From assembly GCA_964589375.1 (NCBI GenBank), contig CAZPSA010000006.1, positions 1 through 35,677 on the forward strand: DNA of 35,677 nucleotides, given 5' to 3'. Each line of letters opens with the position of its first letter. Position 1 is the first letter of the stretch. This DNA is from an uncultured Clostridium sp. (GTDB lineage Bacteria; Bacillota_I; Bacilli_A; RF39; UBA660). Positions 9,095 to 18,339 of the stretch are shown piece by piece. The position numbers and the translations under genes are program-made. The notes under the pieces were generated by a model that saw nothing but the letters and a program-made list of their open reading frames with translations, searched no databases and had not been told where the DNA came from.

Positions 9095-10158
9095 AATATT
9101 TGAAAAAAATAGTTTTAATTATACTGGGATTTTTACTAACTGGTTGCTATAATCATATGGAATTAAATAAAATGGCTATTGTTTCCTTAATCGCGGTCGA
9201 TTATCAAAGTGAAGAATTTATTGTAACAATTGAAGTAAGAGAAAATAAAAAAGAAGATGAAAATTCTTCTGCTATCTATAAAGCAACTGCTTCTTCCTTG
9301 GCAAATGCCCTTCAAGAAATAGCCGTATCTCTTAATAAAGCATTATATTTTATTGATTTAGATACTGTGATCATAACTAAAGAAGCCGCTAATGAAAAAT
9401 TAGACTTTATTATCGATTATTTAACTAGGGAAAGTACAATAAGTGGTAATTTTAATATTCTAATTAATGATGAAATAGATAAAACTATAAATAGTATTAA
9501 GGATAAAGGCGAAGTGGCTGGTAAGTTTTTAAAAGAAACTGTAGTAAGTGAATTTAACAATATTGTTAATATAAAATTTAATGACTACTTAGAAAACTAC
9601 ATATCAAAATATTATGATTTAATCCTTCCTAAAATTGTAAATGAAGATGATGAAATAAAAATAAATAAAGCCGTTATTTTTAGTGATAAAAAAATAATTG
9701 GTGAGCTAGATTTTGATATGGTGCAGTTATACAATCTTTTAATTAACAATAATAATCCAACTCTCTTTAATATTAATTATGAAGAAAAAAATATTATATT
9801 TAAAGTAATTAATTCGAAGGCAAAAATAACATATCAAAATGATAAAATAAATATAAATTTAGACATTACCGGTTCGATTGCGGAAGCTGAAGATGTCGAT
9901 GTAAATAATAAAAAAAATATAGAAAAAATCCGGTTACAAATAGAAAATAATATTAAAGCTAATGTTACAGGCTTTATTCGATTTCTTATTACTAAAAATA
10001 GTGATATCTTAGGATTTAGAAAAGATTATTATAATGCTATGAGAAAAAATATTGATGATATTAATAGCCTTAAAGTAAATATAGAAACTAACGTTAAATT
10101 AGATCGTAATGGCTTAATCTTTGGTCCAATTGGAGAAGAACATGAAAAAAATAACTAA
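9091..10158 (+). CDS. spore germination receptor C subunit, Ger(x)C lipoprotein
   Basis: Lipobox LLTGCY, then MELNKMAIVSLIAVDY, which is typical of Ger(x)C N-termini. Start overlaps the A-subunit stop (ATGA). Confidence 0.8.
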   Translation: MKYLKKIVLIILGFLLTGCYNHMELNKMAIVSLIAVDYQSEEFIVTIEVRENKKEDENSSAIYKATASSLANALQEIAVSLNKALYFIDLDTVIITKEAANEKLDFIIDYLTRESTISGNFNILINDEIDKTINSIKDKGEVAGKFLKETVVSEFNNIVNIKFNDYLENYISKYYDLILPKIVNEDDEIKINKAVIFSDKKIIGELDFDMVQLYNLLINNNNPTLFNINYEEKNIIFKVINSKAKITYQNDKININLDITGSIAEAEDVDVNNKKNIEKIRLQIENNIKANVTGFIRFLITKNSDILGFRKDYYNAMRKNIDDINSLKVNIETNVKLDRNGLIFGPIGEEHEKNN

Positions 10159-11116
10159 TTTTGAAAATTATAGTTTAATTTATTTATTAATCTTTCCTTT
10201 ATTTATGGGAATAGGATTTTCTAAAATTATAAAGAATGTAGGAACTGATGCTTGGATTAGTGCGATTATTGGTAGTATTTTAGGTTTACTTATTAATTTT
10301 CTTATTAAAAAATTACCGAATGAAGATAATAAATTTTTTAAAACCGCGTATAGTATTGGCCTATTAGTTATATCTACTATGTTAATTGGTAAACTAGTTA
10401 GTTCTATTTATTTAAATAGGACGCCGGCTTGGTTTGTCTTAATTCCTGGTGGCATTTTAATTTACTATACTTCGCTTAAAGGAAAAAAAGCCTTATATCA
10501 AAGTGCTAGCTTATTAATAATTATCCATCTGCTCTTATTTTTAATAACTGCATTAACTCTTATTCCAACAATTAATATTGATTACTTTAAGCCTATTTTA
10601 GTAACAAGTTTTTCCAAAATATTTTCTTCGGCTCTAGATTTTGCCTTGATTAGTACTACTCCAATGATATTAGTAGATAATTTTAAAGAAAGATATAATT
10701 ATAAAGTATACTTATTTTCTTCTATTTTATTAATTATTATGATTTTTTGTACTATTGGTAATTTGGGAGTGGAAATATCAAAATTGTATCGTTACCCAGA
10801 ATATATGGTTTTAAAAAAAGTATCAATATTAAATTTTATTGAAAATATTGAAAATATTCTTTTTTCTCTTTGGATTATTAATATTTTTACTATAACGAGT
10901 TTATCATGTATTAATATTAAAGAAGAAACAAATTCTAAAATATTATTTTTAATTTTAATTTTAATGATAATTATTGTTGGGGGGTTTATATTAAATAATT
11001 ATAAAACTTCAAATTTCTTTTTAGACTATTATACTTACATGCTTTTAGGTTTATTTATTTTATTTATATTAAGTAAAATATTTAGAAGGAAGCATAACAA
11101 TTCTATATCCAAATAA
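10121..11116 (+). CDS. spore germination receptor B subunit (GerAB/GerKB family, APC-type permease)
   Basis: 331-aa polytopic membrane protein immediately after the A and C subunits. The true start may be downstream of 10121 (38-nt overlap). Confidence 0.75.
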   Translation: MVQLEKNMKKITNFENYSLIYLLIFPLFMGIGFSKIIKNVGTDAWISAIIGSILGLLINFLIKKLPNEDNKFFKTAYSIGLLVISTMLIGKLVSSIYLNRTPAWFVLIPGGILIYYTSLKGKKALYQSASLLIIIHLLLFLITALTLIPTINIDYFKPILVTSFSKIFSSALDFALISTTPMILVDNFKERYNYKVYLFSSILLIIMIFCTIGNLGVEISKLYRYPEYMVLKKVSILNFIENIENILFSLWIINIFTITSLSCINIKEETNSKILFLILILMIIIVGGFILNNYKTSNFFLDYYTYMLLGLFILFILSKIFRRKHNNSISK

Positions 11117-11395
11117 AAACTAGTAAAAATGAGAAATTACTAGTCTTTTTATTATTCTAAAATTATTAAATTTATTATTTTTTAGCAATAGTTGATATAT
11201 GTTTTTTAACTTCTAACATTGCGGATTATTATTATACCAGCAGAACCAACACTACCAGCAATTCCACCATCACCAGTATTAGATTTTATTTGCTGGTACC
11301 TCTTTTGATAACTTTAACTATGCATTATCACTTACTAATTTTATCATTTTGGTTTCAATTGCTCCAATGATATTTGATGCTAAGTTTTAGACTAG

Positions 11396-11425
11396 CAAAA
11401 AAGTCTATGATATTAACCATAGACC
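11396..11425 (-). terminator. intrinsic terminator of ftsZ, made by a copy of the intergenic palindromic repeat
   Basis: Minus-sense GGTCTATGGTTAATATCATAGAC hairpin (7-bp arms GTCTATG/CATAGAC) followed by TTTTTT, 26 nt downstream of the ftsZ stop. Confidence 0.45.
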
Positions 11426-11450
11426 TTATAAAATCCAAGTATTTTTAGTT

Positions 11451-12503
11451 TTAGAAATTATCTCTATCTCTTAAAAATGGTGGAATATCAAAGTCACTAT
11501 CGTCTTGAATATTCTTAGTATTGGCACTTTCCCTATTAGCTTCGGCTGCTCTTTGTTCATCTTCAAAACCGGTGGCAATAACAGTTACTATTACCTCATC
11601 ATTTAAGTTTTCATTAATAACAGCACCAAAGATGATATTGATATCATTATTAGATGCTTGTCTTACAACCTCAGCGGCATCTTCTGCTTCGAACAAAGTT
11701 AAACTTGTGCCACCGGTAACATTAATTATCGCATCAGTTGCACCATCTATACTTGTTTCTAAAAGTGGACTAGATACAGCTTGTTTAGCAGCTTCAATAG
11801 CTCTATTTTCACCAACACCTAAACCAATACCAATTAAAGCAGAACCTCTTTTTTCCATTACAGTTTTAACATCAGCAAAGTCTAAGTTTACTAATCCTGA
11901 TACGGCAATTAAATCACTAATTGATTGTACTCCACGATGTAAAACATTATCAACTTCTTTAAAGGCATCTATCATCGGTGTTTGTTTATCAATAATTTCT
12001 CTTAATCTATCATTAGGAATAACAATCAAAGTATCAACATGTTTCTTTAACTCTTCAATTCCTAAGATAGCTTGTTCCATTCTCCTTTTACCTTCAAATC
12101 TAAAAGGCTTAGTAACAATACCTACAGTAAGTGCTCCTAAATCTGCGGCAATTTCAGCAATAACGGGAGCTGCACCTGTACCAGTGCCACCACCCATACC
12201 ACAAGTAACAAAAATCATATCAGCACCTTTTAATGCTTCCTTAATTTCCTCCTTGCTCTCTAAAGCTGCTGCTCTACCAACTTCCGGATTAGCCCCAGCT
12301 CCTAGGCCATTAGTAATATTTGCCCCAATCTGAAGTTTATTTTCAGCTTTAGAAACATTTAAAACCTGTAAATCAGTATTTGCTACAATGAACTCTACAC
12401 CTTTAACTCCAGACTCTATCATACGGTTAACGGCATTACAACCACCGCCACCAACACCAATTACTTTTATTTTTGCAATTTGATCCATCTCTAGTCCAAA
12501 CAT
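11451..12503 (-). CDS. ftsZ: cell division GTPase FtsZ
   Basis: [13 protein letters not shown] and [10 protein letters not shown] tubulin-like signatures. 350 aa. Confidence 0.95.
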   Translation of the reverse strand: MFGLEMDQIAKIKVIGVGGGGCNAVNRMIESGVKGVEFIVANTDLQVLNVSKAENKLQIGANITNGLGAGANPEVGRAAALESKEEIKEALKGADMIFVTCGMGGGTGTGAAPVIAEIAADLGALTVGIVTKPFRFEGKRRMEQAILGIEELKKHVDTLIVIPNDRLREIIDKQTPMIDAFKEVDNVLHRGVQSISDLIAVSGLVNLDFADVKTVMEKRGSALIGIGLGVGENRAIEAAKQAVSSPLLETSIDGATDAIINVTGGTSLTLFEAEDAAEVVRQASNNDINIIFGAVINENLNDEVIVTVIATGFEDEQRAAEANRESANTKNIQDDSDFDIPPFLRDRDNF

Positions 12504-12518
12504 AAAATCTCCTCTTTC

Positions 12519-13760
12519 TTAATTGTCAAAAAAGTAACTTACTACTTTTCCTAATATAGAATCTTCAGCAATTACATTTTTCTTACCAGTATCTGTCATC
12601 TTTTCAATATCGCTTTCTGTAACTGCACTAAAATCCCTATTTCTCAAACTTAACTTTTCATTAAAATAAATGAGCATACCAACATCTACACTATAAGAAT
12701 TATTCCTCACTCCAATATTATTGATATTACCAACTTTGGCAGTACCACCATAAATAGAATTTACAGCATGAGGAAAATCTTTAATTTCCGCTAGTCCTCC
12801 TGTTATAATTATATAACTAATTTCCTTTTTTGTTAAGTGGTTAATAGAATTTTTCACTATTTTTAACATTTCTGCTAGTTTTTTACTTACAACTTGAGTT
12901 AATTCATACTGATTTATCTTAACATTAGTACCATCTTTAGTTATAACCTCACACTTTTCCTTAACATCACAACGTGCCATTACGGCTTTAGCTAAATGTT
13001 CTTTTAAATAAGTGGCTTCTTTCTTACGTAAGTTAAAAGTAAGTGCTATTTCTCTATCAATATCAATTCCACCAATATCAAGAGTTTGATTATTAATATA
13101 TACTCCCTTACTAAAAACACTAATATTAGTCTTAGTATCCCCTAAATTAACTATTACTACATTCTTTTCATCTAATTCAGGTGTTTTAAAATTATAATAG
13201 TCAACTAATCCGGTAGTAGTTATATCTATAACATCTAACCCTACCTCATTTAAAAAATTGATCATATCATAAACTTGTCTTTTACCAGCAGATACAATAA
13301 TACTCTTAAGTCCTAAAGTATTACCTACTTTACCATAAGGACTATCTGTATCATTACCACCAACTTTAAAAACAACAGGAATATTAGCAATCATCTCATC
13401 ATTAGGGTTAATTTCGTTATTAGAAGACTCTTTTAAAACTTTTAAAATATCCTTACTACTTACTACTTTATCTTCACTTTCAACATTCACTTGATATTCT
13501 ACCATCTTAAACTCATTATAATCAGTTGGAATATTCAAAATAACTTTCTTTATTCTAAAAGACAATTTACTTTCAGCTTCATCTAAAAGTAAATTAAGAG
13601 TACTTCTTAAGGCTTCTTTATCAACTATTGTATTATACTTAAAACCATTAGTACTCTTTTTAAGCGCTAATAAAACATGAATTTTATCATTAATAAATTC
13701 AGCCACAACTAATTTAACACTACTTGAACCTATATCTAAAGCACTAAATATCTTCCTCAT
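12519..13760 (-). CDS. ftsA: cell division protein FtsA
   Basis: 413 aa. N-terminal ALDIGSSSVKLVVAE actin-fold motif. Lies immediately upstream of ftsZ. Confidence 0.9.
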   Translation of the reverse strand: MRKIFSALDIGSSSVKLVVAEFINDKIHVLLALKKSTNGFKYNTIVDKEALRSTLNLLLDEAESKLSFRIKKVILNIPTDYNEFKMVEYQVNVESEDKVVSSKDILKVLKESSNNEINPNDEMIANIPVVFKVGGNDTDSPYGKVGNTLGLKSIIVSAGKRQVYDMINFLNEVGLDVIDITTTGLVDYYNFKTPELDEKNVVIVNLGDTKTNISVFSKGVYINNQTLDIGGIDIDREIALTFNLRKKEATYLKEHLAKAVMARCDVKEKCEVITKDGTNVKINQYELTQVVSKKLAEMLKIVKNSINHLTKKEISYIIITGGLAEIKDFPHAVNSIYGGTAKVGNINNIGVRNNSYSVDVGMLIYFNEKLSLRNRDFSAVTESDIEKMTDTGKKNVIAEDSILGKVVSYFFDN

Positions 13761-13887
13761 AAAATCAACCTTTACTTTAAAGAAATTATACTATAAAGTC
13801 ATATATATTTCAAATAAAACAATAAGCCTTGATTTTTCATTTTTTTAAATATATTATAAACAAGTATAGTTATTTAAGGAGGTTAGA

Positions 13888-15060
13888 ATGGTAAATTATC
13901 AAGAAATAATAAAAACATATAAATTATTAATAGTTAGAAATAATATTAGTTATAAAGAATTAAAAAGCAATAATATTTCGCCAAGATGTGTCAAACATAT
14001 GCTTAGTTTACAAATGATTGAAAAGAAACCTAAAACTTCTTTAATAAACCCGATTTATCAAATTAAAGACTTAACAAAACTTTATGAAATAACTTATAAA
14101 TGCGATTTTAAAGATAAAGAAATATTTTTAAGATATTTATATGACTTAAATTATTATACTTATGATTTATATATAGAACTACTTAAAATAGCGTTTAAGA
14201 AAAAAGATTATGATCTTTTATTTGATATTATAGATAAAATAATTTTAAATTATAATAACAATAATTCTATTCAAAATGGAATAACTAGTATCTTGTATAC
14301 CCTATCTTTTATTACTAAAATACCACCTAAATATAATAATAGAATTAAGAAAAATATAAATGAAGATAATATAGATGATAACTTAGCAAGTTTTAAAATA
14401 ACTCTATTAGAAAGTCAAAAAGCTTTAATTCATAAAAGAAATAATACTATCAAACGTTTAATTTCAAATAATGAATTTCAAAATTTAAGTTCTTTTTTAG
14501 AAATAGAAAGTGAAAAAGTAACAAGTTTAGGGACAATATATGAATTAATTAAGTATATTAATGAAACTATTTTAAGACTATTTAAAGGGGAAAAAATATG
14601 GATTAAAAATACCACTGAATTAAATATTTCTACTCTTATTTATAGTAATAATTTTAATATTGCCTTAAAACTATACATAATTATTCAAAATAAACTAAAT
14701 TTAAATGATGATAATTTAAAAGTAATACTAGAAAAAATAGTTTTAATAAGTAAAATGATGAGTAATATTACCGATGATGATTTAAAGCAAATTGCGGATT
14801 TAATAAGTGATGAATTTACGGTTGATAAAGTAGCAAATTTATTTAAATTAAGTTTAGAAGATAAAACTATAGTAACTTTATATGTTATAAGAAAAGCATT
14901 AATTAATGATAATACCAAACTAGCGCAAAGTCTTTTGAATAAGCCATATATAACAAGCTGTGATAGTTCAAATCTAACAATTAAAGGGCTTTTAAGGGAA
15001 ATTTATAAATTAAAAGAAGAACTAGGGCCTAAAAAATTAATAATTGAGAATAATAAGTAA
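13888..15060 (+). CDS. hypothetical protein predicted to be all-helical
   Basis: 390 aa. Good RBS AAGGAGG. No motifs. Transcribed divergently from ftsA. Confidence 0.5.
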   Translation: MVNYQEIIKTYKLLIVRNNISYKELKSNNISPRCVKHMLSLQMIEKKPKTSLINPIYQIKDLTKLYEITYKCDFKDKEIFLRYLYDLNYYTYDLYIELLKIAFKKKDYDLLFDIIDKIILNYNNNNSIQNGITSILYTLSFITKIPPKYNNRIKKNINEDNIDDNLASFKITLLESQKALIHKRNNTIKRLISNNEFQNLSSFLEIESEKVTSLGTIYELIKYINETILRLFKGEKIWIKNTTELNISTLIYSNNFNIALKLYIIIQNKLNLNDDNLKVILEKIVLISKMMSNITDDDLKQIADLISDEFTVDKVANLFKLSLEDKTIVTLYVIRKALINDNTKLAQSLLNKPYITSCDSSNLTIKGLLREIYKLKEELGPKKLIIENNK

Positions 15061-15135
15061 TGAATATACCTAATTTTAACTTAGATAATAATAGTTAGAA
15101 ACTTATCTGATTTTACTATTTTAAAAGGTATTTTC

Positions 15136-15164
15136 TTTAAGTTTTTTGTGAGACATGTTATACT
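15136..15164 (+). promoter_or_regulatory. candidate extended -10 promoter for murT-gatD
   Basis: TGtTATACT at 15156-15164 with a weak -35. RBS GGTGA sits before the ATG at 15182. Confidence 0.3.
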
Positions 15165-15181
15165 CTTATTGGTGATAATAA

Positions 15182-16513
15182 ATGAAAACTACCTTATTAA
15201 TATTAATAAATAAACTTATAACTTTAGTATGTAATATCTTTGGTCGGGATGGAAGTGTCTTTCCGGCAAGTATAGTTAGACCATTTGATAAAAATATCTT
15301 AGAAAAAATAAAATATCCTAAATATGTAGTTGGGGTAACTGGTTCTAGTGGTAAAGGTAGTACAACCTCAATTATTGCTCATATATTAAAAACTAGTGGT
15401 TTAAAAGTATGCTATAACGCTAACGGGTCAAATGTTGTTAATGGGACTTGCACTTTAATTTTAAATAATACAAATGCTTTTACACATAAAATGAAATGTG
15501 ATGTATTGCTACTAGAAATGGATGAATCCTATATTAAAGAAACATTTAAAAATAATACTCTAACTCATATAGTTGTAACAAATATAACCAGAGATCAACC
15601 ATCAAGAAATAAAGAGCCAGAAATAATACTAGATAAAATAAAAAATAGTATTGGAAGTGCTCACATAGTATATAATGCTGATGACGTATTTGTAAATAGA
15701 TTAAGCTTATTGCCTAATGCTAAAACAAGTTATGGAATTGCTAAAACAAAATATAGTATAAAAAAACCAATAAGTAATAATATTGATGCGGCTTACTGCC
15801 CAATATGTCATGAAAAATTAATATATAGTTATTACCACTATGGACATTTAGGAAGCTATAAATGTCCTAATGATGATTTTAAAAGAAATATTGATTATTT
15901 AGCTAAAAATGTTGATTTAAAAAATCGCCAATTCCAAATTAATAATAATGATATAACTTTAAATAAAGATGCTTTCTTTGCGGTTTATTATACTCTAGCC
16001 GCTTATAGTCTATGTAAAGTTTTAAATATTTCAGAAGAAACAATAAATAAAGCCTTAAATGTTAATCCTTTAGAAGCTAAAAGACTAAAAACATTAAAAT
16101 TAGATAATCGTGATGTTGAAATGATTGAATCTAAAAATGAAAATAATTTAAGTTATCTAATGTCTTTGAACTATATTAATGACTATCAAGGGCCTAAAAC
16201 TGTTATTCTAGGATTTGATAATGTTTCAAGGAGATATAAATATAATGATATATCATGGCTATATGATGTTGACTTTGAAATATTAGATATAAATAATATT
16301 GAAAAAATATACTGTATTGGAAGATTTAGATATGATTGTTATAATAGATTAATATTAGCGGGTATAAGTGAAGATAAACTAGTATTAGTTAATGATTTAA
16401 AAGGATTAATAAAAGATGTTAAAAAAGAAACAACTGGTACAATATTTACTATGGTATGTTTTGATATGACAGCAGTTTTAAAAAAATTAATTATGGAGGA
16501 AAACAATGATTAA
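15182..16513 (+). CDS. murT: lipid II isoglutaminyl synthase, Mur-ligase-like subunit MurT
   Basis: Mur ligase P-loop GVTGSSGKGSTT. TNITRDQ motif. Cys4 zinc ribbon CPICHEK..YKCPND. C-terminal DUF1727-like region. Adjacent to and overlapping gatD. Confidence 0.85.
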   Translation: MKTTLLILINKLITLVCNIFGRDGSVFPASIVRPFDKNILEKIKYPKYVVGVTGSSGKGSTTSIIAHILKTSGLKVCYNANGSNVVNGTCTLILNNTNAFTHKMKCDVLLLEMDESYIKETFKNNTLTHIVVTNITRDQPSRNKEPEIILDKIKNSIGSAHIVYNADDVFVNRLSLLPNAKTSYGIAKTKYSIKKPISNNIDAAYCPICHEKLIYSYYHYGHLGSYKCPNDDFKRNIDYLAKNVDLKNRQFQINNNDITLNKDAFFAVYYTLAAYSLCKVLNISEETINKALNVNPLEAKRLKTLKLDNRDVEMIESKNENNLSYLMSLNYINDYQGPKTVILGFDNVSRRYKYNDISWLYDVDFEILDINNIEKIYCIGRFRYDCYNRLILAGISEDKLVLVNDLKGLIKDVKKETTGTIFTMVCFDMTAVLKKLIMEENND

Positions 16514-17219
16514 AATAGCTCATTTATATTATGATTTATTAAATCTATATGGTGAACAAGGAAATATTTTAGCCCTTACATCTTCTTTAAAAAATCAAAA
16601 TATAGATTATACTGTAGACTTATTTTCCTTAAAAGATGATATAGATTTTAAATCTTATGATATTGTTTATATCGGGACAGGGTCTTTAGAAGATTTAAAA
16701 TTGGCTGCTAAAGATATTATAAGATTTAAAAGAAAACTAACAAATTATATCGAAAGTAATAAATACTTAATTGCGACTGGTTCTTCTTATCTTTTATTTG
16801 GAAAATCAATTACTTATAGTGATAATGAAGTTATAGAAGGTCTTAATATATTTGATTATTATGCAAAAAAAGTTCCACAGAGAATTGTATGTCATTCATT
16901 TTTAAGATGGAAAGATAACTATGGACCAATTATTGGTTTTCAAAATAGATCATTTATTGTTCAAATTAATGATAATCACCTTTTTTCTGTTATTAAGGGA
17001 AATGCAGACAATGAAAAAAGTAATTATGAAGGATACCGTTATAAAAATTTTATTGGTACTCATTTAATCGGACCATTTTTAATTAGAAATCCCCACTTTA
17101 CTGATGAAATTATTAAAGATATTTTACAAAAAGAAGGAAAGAAATTTCATAATGACACTAATACGCCAAGTTATAGCGCTTATAATGAATATTTAAAAAA
17201 CTTTTATGAAAACGCATAA
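16506..17219 (+). CDS. gatD: GatD-like CobB/CobQ-type glutamine amidotransferase partner of MurT
   Basis: 237 aa. GatD-like N-terminus IAHLYYDLLNLYGEQGNILAL. Overlaps the murT stop. The expected nucleophile elbow reads ATGSSYLLFGKS, with no Cys. Confidence 0.75.
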   Translation: MIKIAHLYYDLLNLYGEQGNILALTSSLKNQNIDYTVDLFSLKDDIDFKSYDIVYIGTGSLEDLKLAAKDIIRFKRKLTNYIESNKYLIATGSSYLLFGKSITYSDNEVIEGLNIFDYYAKKVPQRIVCHSFLRWKDNYGPIIGFQNRSFIVQINDNHLFSVIKGNADNEKSNYEGYRYKNFIGTHLIGPFLIRNPHFTDEIIKDILQKEGKKFHNDTNTPSYSAYNEYLKNFYENA

Positions 17220-17284
17220 AAGTTTTTTTCAAAACAAAAGACTGTTTAAAATTAATTGCTTAATTTCGTAACAGCCCCTATTAT

Positions 17285-17749
17285 TTAACATACACAATCT
17301 ACATAACAATCATTTAAACATCTAACAATACAACAACAATCTAAGTTCATTGTAAAGAAGCTATTAGTTGCAATATATGGTTGGCTGTTACAACAAGATT
17401 GATCTGGATTTGTTGCTAAAACTCTAAAAGTACAGCAATTTCCTTCTATCTTTTCAACTCTAAATACATTTGAGCAACCTTCACAAGAACTATCAACAGA
17501 TGGTGTTGAGCATGTAGTGCTTAAATCTTTGCTAGTTGGCATACTTAGTGGAACTCCATTACCACAACACATATATATCATAACTGGTCTAGTATTGCAA
17601 ATAAGGCAATTATTTCCCCCACCAAGCATTGGTCTATCACATGAGTCTAAACAATTTTCTGGACAAGCATTTTGTTGTAAAATACAAATAACTTTTAAAG
17701 TTTCACAAATACAATTACCTTCATTTTGATTATTACACATTTTTTTCAC
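17285..17749 (-). CDS. cysteine-rich protein (25 Cys in 154 aa), no signal peptide
   Basis: MKKMCNNQNEGNCICETLKVIC ... DCCCIVRCLNDCYVDCVC. Contains CC and CCC clusters. RBS GGGTGA. Confidence 0.6.
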   Translation of the reverse strand: MKKMCNNQNEGNCICETLKVICILQQNACPENCLDSCDRPMLGGGNNCLICNTRPVMIYMCCGNGVPLSMPTSKDLSTTCSTPSVDSSCEGCSNVFRVEKIEGNCCTFRVLATNPDQSCCNSQPYIATNSFFTMNLDCCCIVRCLNDCYVDCVC

Positions 17750-17839
17750 CCTTTCATTTACTCAATATATTTTATGTGGAAGATAAAAAATAGTGTATTT
17801 TTTTTAAAAATTTGATAAAATGTTAATAGGTGATAAATT

Positions 17840-18151
17840 ATGTGGTGGCAATATTTAATTATTTTTTTTGTTTTATTTCTAATTAGTTTAGTAATCGTAA
17901 AGTTAAATAAGAAAAATTTTACATTTGAAATTAATAAATTAGTTCAATATTTAGGTGGCAAAGATAATATTTTAGATACCGAAGTTAATGTATCAAGATT
18001 AAAAGTTACATTAAAAGATATTACTTTAGTTGATAAAGAGGCAATCCAAAAACTAGGCGCTAAAGGTATCGTTGAAATTGATAATCAATTGAAAATAATT
18101 TTTGGCCCTAACGCTAAAGCATTAAAAAAATACATAAGTGAAATGAAGTAA
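17840..18151 (+). CDS. membrane-anchored PTS EIIB(Glc)-like domain protein lacking the phospho-Cys
   Basis: N-terminal TM helix, then YLGGKDNILDTEVNVSRLKV..LGAKGIVEIDNQLKIIFGPNA. This aligns with E. coli PtsG IIB FGGKENITNLDACITRLRV..LGAAGVV..QAIFG, with the Cys position occupied by Asn. Confidence 0.65.
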   Translation: MWWQYLIIFFVLFLISLVIVKLNKKNFTFEINKLVQYLGGKDNILDTEVNVSRLKVTLKDITLVDKEAIQKLGAKGIVEIDNQLKIIFGPNAKALKKYISEMK

Positions 18152-18339
18152 CTTATGTATTTTTTTTAAGACAACATAATAATAAAGTCATTATTTTAAA
18201 ATATCAGATTATAATTCATCTTTTTCGGGTTGTTTTTTATAAACTTTATATTTCTTTATACTTTTTATTAATTTTTCAACATTATTTTCATCATAGTATA
18301 GTTTTATAAATTCTATTGATTGTTCATATTTTTCGCTCT

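Noticed and set aside
11521-12333. 270-aa plus-strand ORF antisense to ftsZ
   Set aside because: It lies entirely inside the strongly supported ftsZ gene. Its composition (Ala/Ser/Pro/Leu-rich, low complexity) is typical of an antisense shadow ORF.
14685-14918. 77-aa minus ORF inside the 390-aa hypothetical gene
   Set aside because: Antisense shadow ORF.
17517-17729. 70-aa plus-strand ORF overlapping the cysteine-rich gene
   Set aside because: Antisense shadow. The minus-strand Cys-rich frame has the RBS and a coherent composition.
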